A stretch of DNA of 64,000 bases. It comes from Camelus ferus. Its lineage: Eukaryota. The notes under the pieces are model-generated. The model was not told where the DNA came from and did no database searches. It saw only the letters and a list, made by a program, of their open reading frames with translations. Position numbers and translations under genes: made by a program. The stretch is taken from positions 65,412,001 to 65,476,000 of the forward strand of contig NC_045697.1 of assembly GCF_009834535.1 (NCBI RefSeq), read 5' to 3'. Of this stretch, positions 36,444 to 48,829 are shown piece by piece (positions within the stretch are counted from its first letter, which is position 1; every line of letters starts with the position of its first letter).

Positions 36444-36504
36444 TCCCATTTCTATTTCCTCCCAGTTCAGTTGTATCAATCTTCCCAGTTCTTCCACTGG
36501 TTTT

Positions 36505-36860
36505 TCATTCATTTATTCAGCACATTTATACATACTGCTCACCTGACATGTGCCAGCCATTAAGTGAGAGAAATAGAGCAGTGATAAAGTACTGACCTCA
36601 CAAAGCTTATACTGCAGCAGGAGAGGGAGGCGATAATTAAGTAAAAATACACTGTAATACTCGATATTTATACATACTATGAGGAAAAACAAAGCATGGT
36701 TAGCCACAGAGATGAAAAGCGAAGGTAAGTCTCCTGAGGAGCAAACGTTTGGGCAGAAACCTGAATGTGGCGTGGGAGGAAGCCATGTGAGTATCTGGAG
36801 TAAGACATTTCAAGACAGAGACCAGCAAGTGGAAAATCATGAGGTAGGAAAGAGCTGCAA
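36505..36860 (-). mobile_element. L2a 3' region
   Basis: ttcattcatttattcagcacattta...tgacctcacaaagcttatact...ttgggcagaaacctgaatg...gaagccatgtgagtatctgg. Confidence 0.8.
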
Positions 36861-37734
36861 GGTTCCTTTGGTCATCTCTATACCTTTCAACTGCCTGTTT
36901 ATTAAGTCTAGTTTTTATTCACACCCATTTTTTTTTAAAAAAATGACTGTGGCTCCACTTTGTGTAAATGGAGAGATTAAAGCTCCAAACTTTTACCTCC
37001 GCCCTCCAAGTTCCATGATCCAACCTCTGACAGTTGTATTTTACTTTGTGTTTTCACAATTGATACTTACTTTCTTCTGTAATCATAGTTATTAGTTTAT
37101 GATTTGTCTCTGGATTAATTCTGAAGGTGGACCATAAAGCACACTTGCATACTGGTGACTCTACAAATGTGGTTTACCATGGCCAGTGCTCTGTGATGAA
37201 ATTTTCTTCTCATCAGTTCAGTGTCACCGTGCCTGTGAACAACCAGTATCAGTGCTCTTAGAGCTGTAATTGAATGAATAGCCCTGTTTTCAGTCTCCAC
37301 CAATGGATTCTGCTTTACTTCAAACTCACGTATTTATTCTGCTAATTTCCTTTGTTTCCTGTGTCACTCCCTCCCAAGCACTCTACTCTGGATCCTTTCC
37401 ATAGACCAATCCCATTTTTGTTGTGGACAGTCAGTATTACTCTTCTAGGCTGAAGACACTGTTTCTTCATCCTCAGTGTCCTGGTTTTTGTCAGAGAAAA
37501 TCCTCACATTACTTCCTTGGGAAGGATGTGTTGAAAGAAAAGATTCTGATTCCTTACACCTTTAAAAATACCTCTATCTTTCTTCACAGTTGATTGATAG
37601 TTAATTTAGGCATAAGCTTCTAAGTCGATAATCATTTCCCCACTCACTTGCAAGGCATTATTTATGTCATTAGCATTTATTGTTGCTGACACAAACTGTA
37701 ATGCCAATCTGATTCTTACTTCTGTTTCAGTGAC

Positions 37735-38210
37735 TGGTATGGGTTGAATTGTGTCACCCTCAGAAAAGATATGGGGAGGTCCTAACCACCAGTACATCAG
37801 TATGTGACTTTACTGCAACTACAGTCACTGGGTCATTGCAGATGTAATTAGTTACATTAAGATAAGGTCATACTGAAGAAGGTGGGCCCCTAATCAAATA
37901 TACCTAGCGTCCTTATTTTGAAAAATGACCAGGTGAAAACAGACACACAGGGAGGAATGCCATGTGATGAGGAAGGCAGAGATTAGAGTTATGTAGATAC
38001 AAGTCAAGGAATAATAAAGATTTCCAGCCAACCACCAGAAGCTAAAAAGAAGCAAGAGAGGATTCCTTTAAAGGTTTCAGAGGGAGCATGGCTCTGCCAG
38101 CACCTTGGTTTCAGGCTTCGAACCTCTAGACTGTGAGAAGATAAATTTCTGTTGTTTTAAGCCACCGATTCTGTGATACTTCGTTAAAGCAGCCCTGAGA
38201 AACTAATAAA
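37735..38210 (+). mobile_element. MaLR LTR (MLT1B/C-like)
   Basis: tatgggttgaattgtgtc...gcagatgtaattagtt...caccagaagct...gagggagcatggc...ataaatttctgttgttttaagcca...aactaata. Confidence 0.9.
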
Positions 38211-38866
38211 AGACTGTGTCTCTTTCTCTCTGGAACAATCTGAAGCATCTGTTTCTCTGTAGTTGTCAGCTATTTGACAATAGCTTGTCTAACAGTAGTT
38301 TTCCTTTTTAATTTCTTGTACTCTGTTCTTTGGAAATTGGATGTTTCTGTCACAGGAAAACTTTTCAACTTTAGAAAATTCTCTGATGTAATTATAATTA
38401 GATAACTTCAATTCACAATCTCCTCTCTTTTATATTATTTATTTATTTTTGGAATTAGTAGAAAACTGTTGGAGCTCCTAGAATGACCCTCTCTTGTCTC
38501 TTTTCTCTCTGTTTTATTTTCTGAGAATGTTTTTTTAATCTTTCCAGTCTTTCTATTAATTTTTAAAACAATTTTGTCAATTATTTAAAATCTCTATTGG
38601 TTCCTGTTTGATTTTTTTAATTTTCAGATTTTAATTTTTGTATTAGGAAACCACATATTCTTGAATCTTTCTGAAACACAAACTAGAGGGTTTTGTTGTT
38701 GTGATTGGTTTAAGTGTATTCTAGTTTCTGAGTAATTTTGTTCAGCATCTTGTTTTGCTTTTAAGTTACTGCTTTTCTTCAAATGTCTGATAATACTAGT
38801 TCTTTCAGAATGCTGTGCTGCACTGCACACTGTTCTTGGGTGTGTCTGTGGGGTTTACTGACTGTC

Positions 38867-38889
38867 AGAGAGAGAGAGAGAGAGAGAGA
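38867..38889. repeat. (AG)n microsatellite
   Basis: Seen directly. Confidence 0.9.
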
Positions 38890-39556
38890 TCCACGATTAA
38901 GCTGGGGTCACCTAATGTCCTGAAGGTGGAAGAGTTTGTTTAAGAGCACTGGCACTCATACCTAGAGCTCTCAGAGGGATTTTTCTTTGGAGGAAAACCT
39001 GGCAGCAACATGGGGAAAAGGGTGGAAATGTTAACTGTCCCTCTATAGATTTTCATTCAATATTCCAGTTTTTAGTCTCTTCTCTAATTATACTTTCTTT
39101 TCTCTTCAGCTTTACCAAGGCCCAGGCCTCTCCTTAGGATTCTCAAAACAGATTATGGGTCTATATAACTTATCCTTGTTTATAAATTAGCAGTACTTTT
39201 AATAGAGTCCCACTAGGGAAAGGTGATAAACAGCTGTTTAAAATCTTGAACTAGATATCTATAAACCTTTTTTCAAAAAAGTACTCTTCAGTTAAGTTCA
39301 TTTAGAAGATAAAAGGAGGTACCCATAAAGGAAAAATTTACATAATTTAGTTTCAATGATAAACAAGATTAAAAGCATTCAAAAATTCATCAGATGCTTC
39401 AGATTGCCAAGTATTTAAAAATATCTCTTTTAGGTTGCTTATTGTCAGAATTGTTTTCCATTGAAACAATTGTCATCTCTAGCCTCTTAGTTCTACTAGT
39501 AATGGTTTCTATGTGTATATTTTCTCACTGGAGCTTTCATCCTGAAACTTCACATG

Positions 39557-39746
39557 ACATGGTGTGAAGACTGATAGCCCTAAGACTGAGTGCTAGTCCT
39601 GGATTTACCTGGTGGTGGTGCGATTCGGTGATGCAATTATAAGCACTATATTTCAGCTTTCAGAACCTCAATTTCTTCCATTATAAAGCAAAAGATTGAA
39701 CTTAATGAAATATATGTTTCCTTCAGGCTCTGGGATTCTGTGGTTT
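39557..39746 (+). mobile_element. MIR3-like SINE
   Basis: ctagtcctgg...aacctcaatttcttccattataaa...gattgaact...tccttcaggctctgggattctgtggtt (CR1-derived tail). Confidence 0.55.
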
Positions 39747-39809
39747 AAATAGATTTTTTTTCCTTCCAAATACATTTTTGCAAAATTTTTAAATGTAATT
39801 ATGTTTTGC

Positions 39810-40925
39810 CACAAAATAGAATAAATGATTTTATCAGGATCTAATCCCTTCTTTCTTCTTGCACTACTTTTATCTTGGTCCAAGCCATTGAATATGGCTT
39901 CCTGCCTCCATAGCATTGGGAGAGAGCTTCTTGAACTGCAAATCAAATTATAGATCTTCCTCTACTTATGATTAAGTAGAAGGGTTATGTCCTGATAAAC
40001 CCATTTTAAATTGAAAATGTTGTAAGTTGAAATGCATTTAATACACCTAACCTACAGAACCTCATAACTTAGCCTAGCCTACCTTAAACATGCTCAGAAC
40101 ACTTATATTAGCCTATAGTTGGGCAAAATCATCTAACAGAAAGCCCAGTTTATAATAAAGTGTTGGATCTCATGTAATTTATTGAATACTGTCCTGAAAG
40201 TGAAAACCAGAGTGGTTGTCTGGGTACAGAATGGTTGTATGTTGGTGGTCTACCCTCCTGTCCCGTGGCTGACTGGGAGCTGTGACACTGCCCAGCATCA
40301 TGAGAGAGTACAGTACTGCATATCACTAGCCCAGGAAGAGTGCAAAATTCCAAATTCCGAGTATGGTTTCTACTGAATGTCTATCACTTCCATAGACATT
40401 ACCATTCCGTGGTAAAGTCAACAAATTGTAAGTCAAGTTTAAACCTTGTAAGTTGGAATCATGTGTATGTCATTCCTCTACTGAGAAAGCATCAGTGATG
40501 CTTAGAATCAAGCCTGAGCCTTTACCAAGGCCTGTAAGTCCGTGATCTAGACACTGCCTAATCTTCCATCTTCAACTTAGCCAGTTTGCACTTAGTTTGC
40601 TGAAACCATAGTGGTCACTTTTTCTTTCGTCAAATATGCCAAATTCTTTTCTGGCTCTGCTGTTCTTTCTACCAAGTCTGTTCTCTCTTCCCCATTTCAC
40701 AGGTCTAACTCCTTTAGGACTCAGCTTGAAAGCCATTTTCTCATAAAATACTTCTTATCATTCCCTCTCCACTCCATTGTTTTCCTGATTTTCACCATCT
40801 TCTCAATTCATAGTGATTTATTTGGTGAGGGCAGAGACCAAATGTCTTGTGTTGATATCCCCTGTGCCTAGTATTATGTCTGGAAATCAGCAAGTGCTTG
40901 GTAAATATTTGATGAAATAGGAATA
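39810..40925 (+). mobile_element. L2 3' region interrupted by Tigger5
   Basis: caaatcaaatta joined to tgtcattcctct across the insert reconstitutes the L2 motif; ends gagggcagagacca...aagtgcttggtaaatatttgatgaa. Confidence 0.7.
39951..40465 (+). mobile_element. Tigger5/MER47-family TcMar element with TA TSDs
   Basis: gggttatgtcctgataaacccat...acacctaacctac...agcctagcctaccttaaacatgctcagaacac...gtatggtttctactgaatg; TA at 39949-39950 and 40466-40467. Confidence 0.9.
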
Positions 40926-43900
40926 GACACTAAAATAAATAATTTTTGTATAAAATGTGTTATTGGCATACATTTTATTTTAGAAAAGTGATAACTGGTT
41001 AAACAAGGCAAAGTCAACCATGGTGCAGAGAAATAAAACAAGTTACAAAATTATGTTTCTTACTTAACTTGTATATTTTTATAGTCAAACTGCATTAAAT
41101 CAGGCCTGTTTGTATTCAGATTTTCCAGGCTGACCTTGCTTGAAATTGGAAGCATTTTTAGAATAATTTATGCATCAAGAAAAGAGTCAATGCTCTAGTG
41201 ATGCAAGGCCCCTGAGGGTAGAGAATCAAGTAAAATATTCATGAGGCTTAAGTGCAAGAGACATCAGATTTTCTCTGGTATTTTAACACTGTATTCCTGT
41301 GCAAGAGAGTTGTAAAATGAAGAATATGAGAGAAGATAAATATTTAGGATAATAAAGAGGACCTATAAAGTGAATTCTTGCCCCTATTTTTGCAGCTATT
41401 GCCTTTCCATGTGTGTGTCCGCGCGCGTGTGTTCCCCTATTGGGTCATATCAGAAGTTTCCTTATAATCATTATGAAAATTAATATTAAAATCAGGAGAA
41501 GTTTGGTCACTCCTACATGGCTTAACGCCTTTGATTTTGATTCATGTGTGACCATTTGAAACTGAGATGCATTTTCTTCATTTATTTTGCATGAAAAAGA
41601 AAAGAAGGGCCATAATGTCTTAATAATTGTGTAAGTTTTTATAAGGAATTTGGAGTTCCTCTGGATGAAAGCTAGCCTTTCTTTCCTCAACTTATCATCG
41701 ACGTTCAACTGTGTGCTTATACATGACACTCATTTTTTGAGGTGTTCAAAGAAGACATACAATGAAAAGAGTATTGGAAAATATTTGAGGTGCAGTCATC
41801 TTTCAGAGTCCATGTTGAAAGCAGTCACTTAAAGTTAAATGAATAATAATATCATAAGAAACCTTGCTATGTACATTTCTCTACTGGTATATCTTTTATC
41901 TTTCTCATGTCATTGATTGCTTTATTCTGATTCTTCATCTAAAAGGTAAAGAAGTGTTTGGTAGGTTTTGGAAATACAAATTATTAAACACACCAATCTC
42001 TACCTTGTTTCAAAGCTTCTGCATGGGATGCTGTCCCCCCTTTCAACTTGAGGCTGCCTTGTTCTCAGATATTAGGTCACCACAACATGCAAAATGTTGA
42101 AGCTACAGAATGAGTAAGCCTAGAAGTTATTTCAACCTGAAGTGTCTTCATTTCCTGATATTCTTGAATATTTAATGTATAGAATATGATAAATGATCCA
42201 ACAACATCTTAGATTGATAACATCTTGTTTACATTGTTTTAAACACTTGAACCAATATTTTTCTTTCAGAGCAGTAGCTGTGACATGATCTAAAATTTAA
42301 AATGAGAGCCTATTTAGAGGGCTACTTTTAGGTAAAGTACACAGAGCTCCCTCCTGCAGTGGAGAAGCCTTACACGTGTTCTAAGTGTATTTCAGATACA
42401 GGAGAAAACAGGAAGATCACAGCCTCCTCACACTCCTTCTATGACTGTTGTCAACAATCAGAGGAATCCTTTCATCCCCAACACTCTTGAATGACACATT
42501 TCTAAACCTTAGCTTTGTGACCAAAGATTTCATAAAAATAAGACTTCCTGAGAGTAAACATGACTGGAACAGATAAATCATAATTCATGGCTGAAATATG
42601 GGCAGTAATATTGTGGTAGACAAAAAATTCTCAGTTATCTTGAATTTAAAATTAGTATGATTTTAATCTTGAAATGGTGTCATTTGCTTGAGTAGTTACT
42701 GCAAAATATTTTTACCATTCTATAACAAAAATCAAAGAGAATATTTTACAGGCACCTGAATTCACATCAGCATTGACGTTACTATTAAATTTTCTGGAAT
42801 GTGTTGTGGTTGGATATGTACATGTAGAAATGAAAGGAAACGTACTGGAGTGCTTCCAGAAGCTGTTGTTTTTTTTCAGTGCCTCTTCAGTACAGGACTC
42901 TACAGCAGTGTTCCCTCCTTTCTCGTTCATAATTCCTCTTTTATTTCTCTTCTCTCATCTCTCTCTGTTTTTATTATTTTTGTTTCTCTCCACCCTAATC
43001 ACAACCCAAAGGTGATAGATGAATGTGGGAACAAAGGAACATAAGACAGGAAAATCACAGTTTCATATTTTTCTCATTAAACTCAGTTCTCTCATCAAAT
43101 CCTGTTCTATAATTTAATAGCCATGAATGTTACTTATTTTTAGGGCAAAATATCTCTTCTGGCTCATTTCAGAGGTGTGCTAGTGGGTGCTGCAGTGTTG
43201 TCTAGAACCTGGAAGTAATTGAATTTTCCTAAATGAATCACATCTCGACAGAGTTTTAGCACAATATCAGTGTCAGAGAAATTTGAATAGATAAGACTCT
43301 GGTAAATGCTAGAATGTTACAAACCTGTCAAACCTCTGTACTGTTCTGTTTAAGAATTCAAAAATGGGCATCACCAAGTTTTGAGAAACAACATGTCTGC
43401 GGTGAACTTCCTGAGCTGGTGTCCTGGGTCTGCCTGCCCTCCTGTTTCCTACCCCGGTCTGTATCAGGGGTTTATCTTCTCAGTTACTGGTAACCCAGCG
43501 GCAGGCTTGTCCTGCCACCACCACGGGAGTCTCTGAGCATCTGTGGAGTGGAACTGACCTTGAAGGTCTTCACTAGCTTTCCCACAGCTTTCTGCTCTCA
43601 TTCACACTACCTCCATCCATCTCGGCTTATGGCCTTGGAGTAATCTGACTTTCCCACTGAACTGTGAACCGAGATTTATTTATGTTGTCTCAGAGTATGT
43701 GCCAAGTTTTTTTTTTTAACTAATCATTTTTATAGTACTTAAATGTTTGAAGCATTTAGACACTTTCATTAATTTTTCTTGGTAGCCTGTAATAAGACAT
43801 CAGAGTTAATTTTAATAGTCCTTTTCCCTTCATATTTATTTTATAAATACACTGAAACAGTTTTATTACACTTTAAATTTTTTCATGTTATTTTTTGTGT

Positions 43901-44134
43901 GGATGAAATATAGTTCTTGTCAAAAAAATTATAGTAACAGATGTTATATCATACTTCATGCTTTGTTAGATTTGCAGAAAAAGCAAAGAGGTTTTACAAC
44001 CTATATGTGGTGGTTTAAAAAAATTCTTCCTTTAATAGCCAGTTTTCATCATAGTGCCTGGCATTTACCTTGAGCACTATTACTAAGGTAGTAACGATAT
44101 TTGTAATTATAACAAATATTTCTGTCAATCTCAT

Positions 44135-44350
44135 TGTATGCCGGGTATTCATACAAGTACTTTCAGTATATTTACTAACTTATTACTAATTAATAACCCT
44201 GTAGGGTAGATACTATTTATTATTCTTATTTTACAAGTGAGGAAACTGAGGTACAACAGATTTTGTGATTTGCCCACAGTTAACAAGTTCGTGAAAGGAG
44301 CCAGTTTCTGTCCCAGGCAGTACAGCAGAGCCAGCCACCACCCACTGCTG
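44135..44350 (-). mobile_element. MIR SINE
   Basis: aataaccctgtagggtagatacta...attttacaagtgaggaaactgaggtac...tgatttgccca. Confidence 0.8.
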
Positions 44351-46084
44351 CTTCTCTGTTTAGAAATAAAAGCTGATCTCTGATTTGGACAGTCTTAAAA
44401 ATTTATGATCTGAAGGCATTTTCTAGTTTCTGTGTTTCTAAAATGTGGGTCAGCCACAATGTTAGGGAGCAAAGCTCTTGGAGATGTAACATGCCATGAT
44501 GACCTGAGTCTTTTTATAGTTGTGAAATGTTTAAATCCATAAACCAGAAAACTGCATGCTTAGTTTGAGTAAAATGTCTATGAATGCAGGAAGACTTGCT
44601 AAGATAACATCTTCAAGGATTCATGTTTTGGTTTGTATTTATGCATGAAATTTTCCAATCATATATCTATTATATTGCTTCTCTTATTCAAGTAAAACTA
44701 TTCTCAAAGTTAGTTGATATAATATAATGTTAAAATATGCTTACAAGAAAATAATTACCAACTTTATACACATCTAATTAAGAATAATATCTAGCTAAAT
44801 CTATTCTATACCCTAAATGTTAAATAAAATAAATAACAACATGTGTTTGAACCAGAGCTAAAAATGCAAGATATATCTATTTGTAAAGATGAGCTACTTA
44901 AATTTGGAGTCAAACTTGTAAGTCGTGATTCCATATTAGACGTGCAGTAAAGTGCAAAATAAAATGAATATTATAGTTAGTGTCAACACAGTTAATGAAA
45001 ACATCTGAAGCCAACTGTTTAAATCATAACTAATGCCGCTGGACTCATGGCCTTCACCTATGCTTTGGAAAATGGATAAACACCATTTCCTGAAAGAGTC
45101 TTCCCTGATTTTCTGCTAAAGATGATGCCTCTGACCATGCTGGCTGTTCCTCTGGAGTTTCTGGGAGGTAGTCTTTCGTGGATTGTTCCACCACGGCACT
45201 GGACCATCCTGATTCTACTCAGCCTCTGCTCACAATCTGCATGTTTACTAGTCTGCGTACAGAAGACCAACTACATCTAGAGGGGAAACAAATTCAAGAA
45301 AATATGAAAAGTTGCTTGATTTTACAAAGCAGTAATTTTTCTCATTTTTTGCATGTATTCACAAAAATATTGTAAAGAATCAACTGTTCATGGAAAAGTT
45401 CACAGAACAATGATGGACAGTTGTCAGACTCAGGCAGGGGCCGGCCTTCTTGGCCGAGTGAATGATTGTTGATTATTAGCTTGGATGCTCTGCTCTGTTG
45501 CTGCTGAAACTCTCTAAAAGCAAATCCCATTCATACTTTCACTTGAGAGATGCAATTAGTATGGCCGGAGAGAAATAATTGTCACAACTCACGAGAATAC
45601 TAATGATTCGTTTATACATAGGTACATTTTTACAATGCACTTCATTTTCATGTGAAAATTATAGGAAGATGTCACAAGTTAAATGTATACGTGCACATAC
45701 ATCATTTTCACATAAAAATGAAATATGTCCTATCTCCAAAACAATACCTTTGAAAGGCTAATGCATTGTTATGGTTTGCTGTTTACTTCATTTCACTTGT
45801 GGCTTTCTATAAAATGAGCTCCTTAAGCCATTTTTCAACTGAATAATCTTAAAAAGGTATAGAAAACTGCATTTTTTCCGTCAGTGCTAATGCTTTGATG
45901 AAATAAATGGCTACTCATTTGAATGTATTCCTTAATTTTTGATATATTTCTTTTTTCCTTTCCATTCTCAAATAAAGAGATGGATATGGATAATATTATC
46001 AAATAAAGAGAGCATGCTGAAAAAATATATGCTAGAACTTACCTCCAGAATTTAGCAGAGTTTTGCACATACTGGAAAGACAGA

Positions 46085-46262
46085 ATGTTAAAGACTGAAG
46101 AGTCATAAAAGACCCTAATCGTACTCCTTCATTTTACACAGAAGAAAATTGAGACTTGTATATAGCGTGTGTCTTTGCCAAGGGTCACTGAATGTGAAAT
46201 CACAGATTAGAAAGAGCACCCAACTCTCCATGTTCCAGAACAGAGTTATTTCAAATGTACTA
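46085..46262 (-). mobile_element. MIR/MIR3 SINE
   Basis: ttcattttacacagaagaaaattgagac...ttgccaagggtcac...attagaa. Confidence 0.6.
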
Positions 46263-46684
46263 CTTTCCTTTAAAACATGAAACAAGTAACTTAAAAATTC
46301 TAATGCAACGGCAATAAAAATGTCTCCTCTATGGCTGAAACACAGATAAGTAGATTAATGCTATACCTTAACTATAATGGAATAAATAAATGTAAGAAAA
46401 TTATATGAGTAGGAGAGATAGTATTAAAATGGCTTCGGCTTCTTTTTTTTTTTTTTAAGGTGAGTGAAGGGGTAATCTTCATAATTTGATGTGTTGACTT
46501 GAAGACAAGGTATTAATGGCATGTTACACACAGATGGTGCTCAGAACATTTTACATCTTGTTCAGAGTAAGATGGTTCTATTTCATTTCTAGAAAAATCT
46601 AGAGGATTTTTGGAAATAACCTAAAGACTGGCAAATATGGAGTACTGAGACATCAGCAGAAATTTTAGAATTCTAGGAAGTCTG

Positions 46685-46880
46685 TAATTGTCCTGCAAAA
46701 ACACCCGACAACCTTTAAGATAAAGGACAAACTTCTTAGCACTGTCTCTGCGGCCTCCTTAACTGTTCCCATCAATGCTGCCCACCCACTTATCTCCCCA
46801 TTCACCTCAACATGCTTTAGCAGTCTTGAAAAAGTGTCAGTTCCTACCGTTACATGTGCTGTTTCTTCCAAGGACGTTTC
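46685..46880 (+). mobile_element. L2 fragment
   Basis: ttaagataaaggacaaacttcttagca...acatgtgctgtttcttcc. Confidence 0.5.
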
Positions 46881-47104
46881 TCAGCAATGTCCTTCCAAGA
46901 CATTAACATGGAATATTAGGGAAGATATGAGAAAGAAAATAAAGAACCGGTAACATCAAAGGGTGACACATCACTAAACTGTAGTCTAGGGATGAGAAGC
47001 AGATTTGAATTAAATCTTCATGAATCATTTTGCAGAGTAATCAGCAAAGAGTTTGAATGGTAGAAAGTATAAGACAGGGAGGGATTAAAATATGGACTGG
47101 GAAT

Positions 47105-48510
47105 AAATATTGTTTGAGTATCTACTAAGTAATTTGTACAAACTAGTTGCATTCATATACCGTATATTTTAATTTTTGTATTATCCCTATAATGCAGGGG
47201 CTGATACACATTTTTTGAAGACCAAGAAGCTAAGCGTAAACTCTTATACCTAGTAATAGGCAGAACCAGAAATCAAATCCCAGTCTTTACTGAAATAATT
47301 GTAACCATAATAATTTATGAATATTTGTCACCTCTTTAAAATGTAGGAAATGCATAGAAGCTCTTCACTCCTCTTTCTCACTGATGCAGACATTTAGTTA
47401 GGACAGAATTATCTAAGAAATCCAGCTCTCCACCCAGTAGGGAATCCCAGAGTGACAGCATGCAGACTCTTCTTACAAAATCCCAGCAACTGAACCACAG
47501 CTTTTCAGGTTCTAGGATTGAAACTTGTCATGAAACAAAGTGGATCAGCCTTTTGAGACTGATTGAGGCTATTGACGTTCATGAGAGGCAGATACATAAA
47601 ATTCTGAATTTTTCACTTACAGTTAGAAATACAACTATTGAGCCGACTAGAAATTTGACGTCCGTTATTAAGTGCATATTATCCTTGTAGGCAAATCTAC
47701 AAATTATAGTCAGAAATTTGTTTCATGACAATGGAGTCAAGTCAACGATAATAGGGTGAGTAACTGTGCTACTCCTGGCATTGTGCTAAGCTCTTTATTT
47801 CAATTATTTCATTTAATTTTGCAATGATATTATGTGAATATTTTGTAGATGAGGAATGAGAGAATAAGAGAGTTTAATTAACTTCTCCATGTTTACAGAG
47901 CTGGTAACTATCAGAGCCAAAATTTAAACCTAAATCTGTCTAACTTTAGAGTGAAGATCTTAGTCATGAGCTGGTGCTGCCTCCCAAATGTGATGTAAAC
48001 CAGTTGAGGGCAGGAAAAGTCTTAAAAACAACTCCTCTGTCTTATGTCCCACACTTTAAATCCATCTTCTATGCCACACCCTAATTCTCACATCAACGCT
48101 GTCGTATAGAGTGTCTCATCATCATTTTACAGAAAAGAAAAGCTTAAATATGAAATCATTTCCTAAGGCCACATAGCTCATAAGTAGCAAGACTGAAGAA
48201 GACTTAATACCTGACTCTGAAGCTTGCAGTCATTGTGTTGCTGCATGCTGCCATTCCCAGCCAGGCGTATTGTCAGAGAGAAATGACAGTCCTCATTATA
48301 TGCCTGGCATGCTTTATCACTTTATATTATCTCATTTAATCTTCATAACAATTTGATGAGTGTGAATCTATGATTACTCTCATTTAATGGCTAAAGTTAG
48401 CTTAGTCAGAGAGAAGTGAAGTAATCTTCCCAGACTCACACAACTAGTTAGTGGTGGATCTAGGATATGAACCAGGCAGTCTGGCTCCAGAGCCCTACAC
48501 TCTACTGCCT
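47105..48510 (-). mobile_element. cluster of four MIR copies (~47105-47290, 47755-47985, 48105-48250, 48295-48510)
   Basis: Repeated antisense MIR cores, e.g. ttttgtagatgaggaa, aaggccacatagct, tctcatttaatcttcataacaa...aagtaatcttccca...gaaccaggcagtctggctccagagccc. Confidence 0.75.
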
Positions 48511-48829
48511 TTTGGGTGACCTTAACAGCAAATGACAACTGGCTTTATGGCCTGATGCATTCAGTTTCACTCTAGAAATTTTTTATTCATGAGCAACAGA
48601 ATGGTTTTCCATACAGAGGTGAGGAAAATGGAGCAAAAGAAACACATTCCTACAGAGCAAGATCGTTTGTTTGTTACCGTTGTTGTGATTTAAAGTAGTT
48701 TTAGTCCAGACAGTGCACAATGTAGAAGTTTGGATTAAAGCTTCACTAGCTACTCGTATTCTAGGCTTGCCTCCCTGAGACTCCATCCCCAACAATTTGC
48801 GGAAATTGAGAATATATAGTGGTTAATGA

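Larger units (their letters stand above)
34985..39130 (-). mobile_element. old L1M element fragmented by four later insertions
   Basis: L1ME-like 3' end near 34985-35160. Internal pieces include cacagttgattgatagt...tctaagtcgataatcatttccc...aaggcatta...ttgttgctga...atgccaatctgattct, resuming after each insert. Confidence 0.65.

Noticed and set aside
36679..37095. 138-aa plus-strand ORF
   Set aside because: Spans antisense L2 and L1 fossils; a chance ORF.
42396..42494. Possible terminal exon IQEKTGRSQPPHTPSMTVVNNQRNPFIPNTLE*
   Set aside because: Short pyrimidine tract and no recognisable protein match.
45058..45276. Minus-strand exon-like segment (acceptor tttgtttcccctctAG, donor GTGAAG)
   Set aside because: Stop codons in all three frames, a weak donor, and opposite to the inferred host strand. 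A non-coding exon cannot be excluded but is unsupported.
45968..46011. 13-bp direct repeats (tcaaataaagaga) as the TSD of an insertion
   Set aside because: The 18-bp spacer has no poly-A or element similarity; more likely a local duplication or chance.
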